Source: Takakia lepidozioides
Lineage: Eukaryota > Plantae > Bryophyta
NCBI GenBank assembly: GCA_030704615.1
Contig: CM060734.1
Coordinates: 17,918,001 to 17,982,000, forward strand
Reading direction: 5' to 3'
Length of the DNA stretch: 64,000 bases
A model generated the notes under the pieces. It was not told the DNA's origin. It saw only the letters and a list, made by a program, of their open reading frames with translations, and made no database searches. The position numbers and the translations under genes were made by a program. This document shows, piece after piece, positions 62,960 through 64,000 of the stretch. How positions within the stretch are numbered: position 1 is the first letter of the stretch; each line of letters starts with the position of its first letter.

Positions 62960-64000
62960 TACTGCAACAACATTGACATACTCCCTCAGTTTGGGCCAGA
63001 AATACTCTTTCTTCAAGAGTGCCGCAGTACGCTTGGCTCCGCCGTGGCCCGCAAGCGGGCTATCATGGCATTCTCTCAAGAGGCTATCTCTGATCCCTCC
63101 CTTCGGCACGTAGAGACGCTTTTGCTTATACCGGAGCAGTCCATTTTGCAAGTGGAACTGCGATTTAACCCCCATCCTCAAGTCCTGCATCACGGACTTC
63201 GCCAGCTCATCCTTCCGGCAAGCCTTCCGGATCTTCCTTTGGAGCGCCGTCTCGCCCTTGTACACCAACAAGAGCTGCTGCTTTCTACTTAAAGCATCGG
63301 CTACCACGTTGTCTCGTCCCGGTTTGTACTGGATATCCACGTCGAACACTGCCAAAGTATCTTGCCACCTAAGTTGTTTTGGGGATAACTTGGGCTGCGT
63401 GGCAAAATACTTCACCGTGACATTGTCCGTGAACACCTTCACTGGGTTGGAACCAACATAGTGGCGCCAAAGCTCAAGACAGTGCACCACCACCTTCATC
63501 TCTTTCTCGTGCGTCGGCCACCGTCGCTCCACTTCATTCAGTTCTTTCTTTCTTTTCGTAAGCCACTGGACGTCCATCTTGCATCAGTACACCCCCAATC
63601 GCGAAGTCCGACGCATCTGTATGTATCTCGAACGGACGATCGAACTCCGGGATTTTCAAGACTGGAGCTTCCGCCATCCGCTGCTTCAATTCAGCAAAAG
63701 CTTGGCCACACAAGGTGTTCCATACCCAGACTTTGGATTTACACAGAAGGTCTGACAACGGCCCCGCGATCTTGGCAAAATTTCTCACATACTTCCCTCA
63801 ATAGGAGGCGAGTCCTAGGAAGGATCGCACTCCCGAGACCGAAGTCGGAGGCTCCCAGTCCAAGATCGCCCTCACCTTTCTGTCATCCATTTTGATCCCA
63901 TCCTGTGTAATCACATGCCCAGGAACTCCACTTTTGTGACCCCGAATTCACACTTTGAAAACTTTGGCATACAGCTTCCCTTCTCGCAATTTTTGGAACA
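62960..64000 (-). mobile_element. Ty3/Gypsy pol fragment (RT end, RNase H, integrase Zn finger start; truncated and frameshifted)
   Basis: IHTDASDFAIGGVLMQ...YKPGRDNVVADALSR...RLYVPKG...CHDSPLAGHGG...YFWPKL. Confidence 0.92.

Overview
Eukaryotic nuclear DNA from a non-seed land plant. A liverwort or hornwort is the best guess (inference: exons of a plastid-type sulfate-binding protein, a flavodiiron-protein fragment, a ciliary CFAP20DC-like gene, PLS-class PPRs, CCCTAAA repeats). Two host genes look intact: a 4-exon STP13-like hexose transporter (5342-7827, +) and a 4-exon thylakoid lumenal 17.4 kDa pentapeptide-repeat protein (33744-36324, -). Two more are partial: the last two exons of a sulfate-binding protein and the first three exons of a CFAP20DC-like gene. 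About 75% of the window is a rearranged transposon/repeat mosaic: Ty3/Gypsy and LINE debris, a CACTA element with TIRs and TSD, MITEs, and orphan gene fragments (CDC20, MED16, PPR, aldo-keto reductase, flavodiiron). Most unusual are (i) a Mutator-like transposase with a GCM-type Zn domain and SWIM finger, flanked by CGGCGCCG-centred palindrome arrays, plus a degenerate relative carrying a multi-exon accessory gene; (ii) a spliced IS3/IS481-like (IS3EU-type) DDE integrase gene lying between ~300-bp inverted repeats; (iii) a tandemly duplicated small gene joining a zf-XS-like finger to a RING-H2 domain. All family calls come from motifs recognised by eye; no database search was run.
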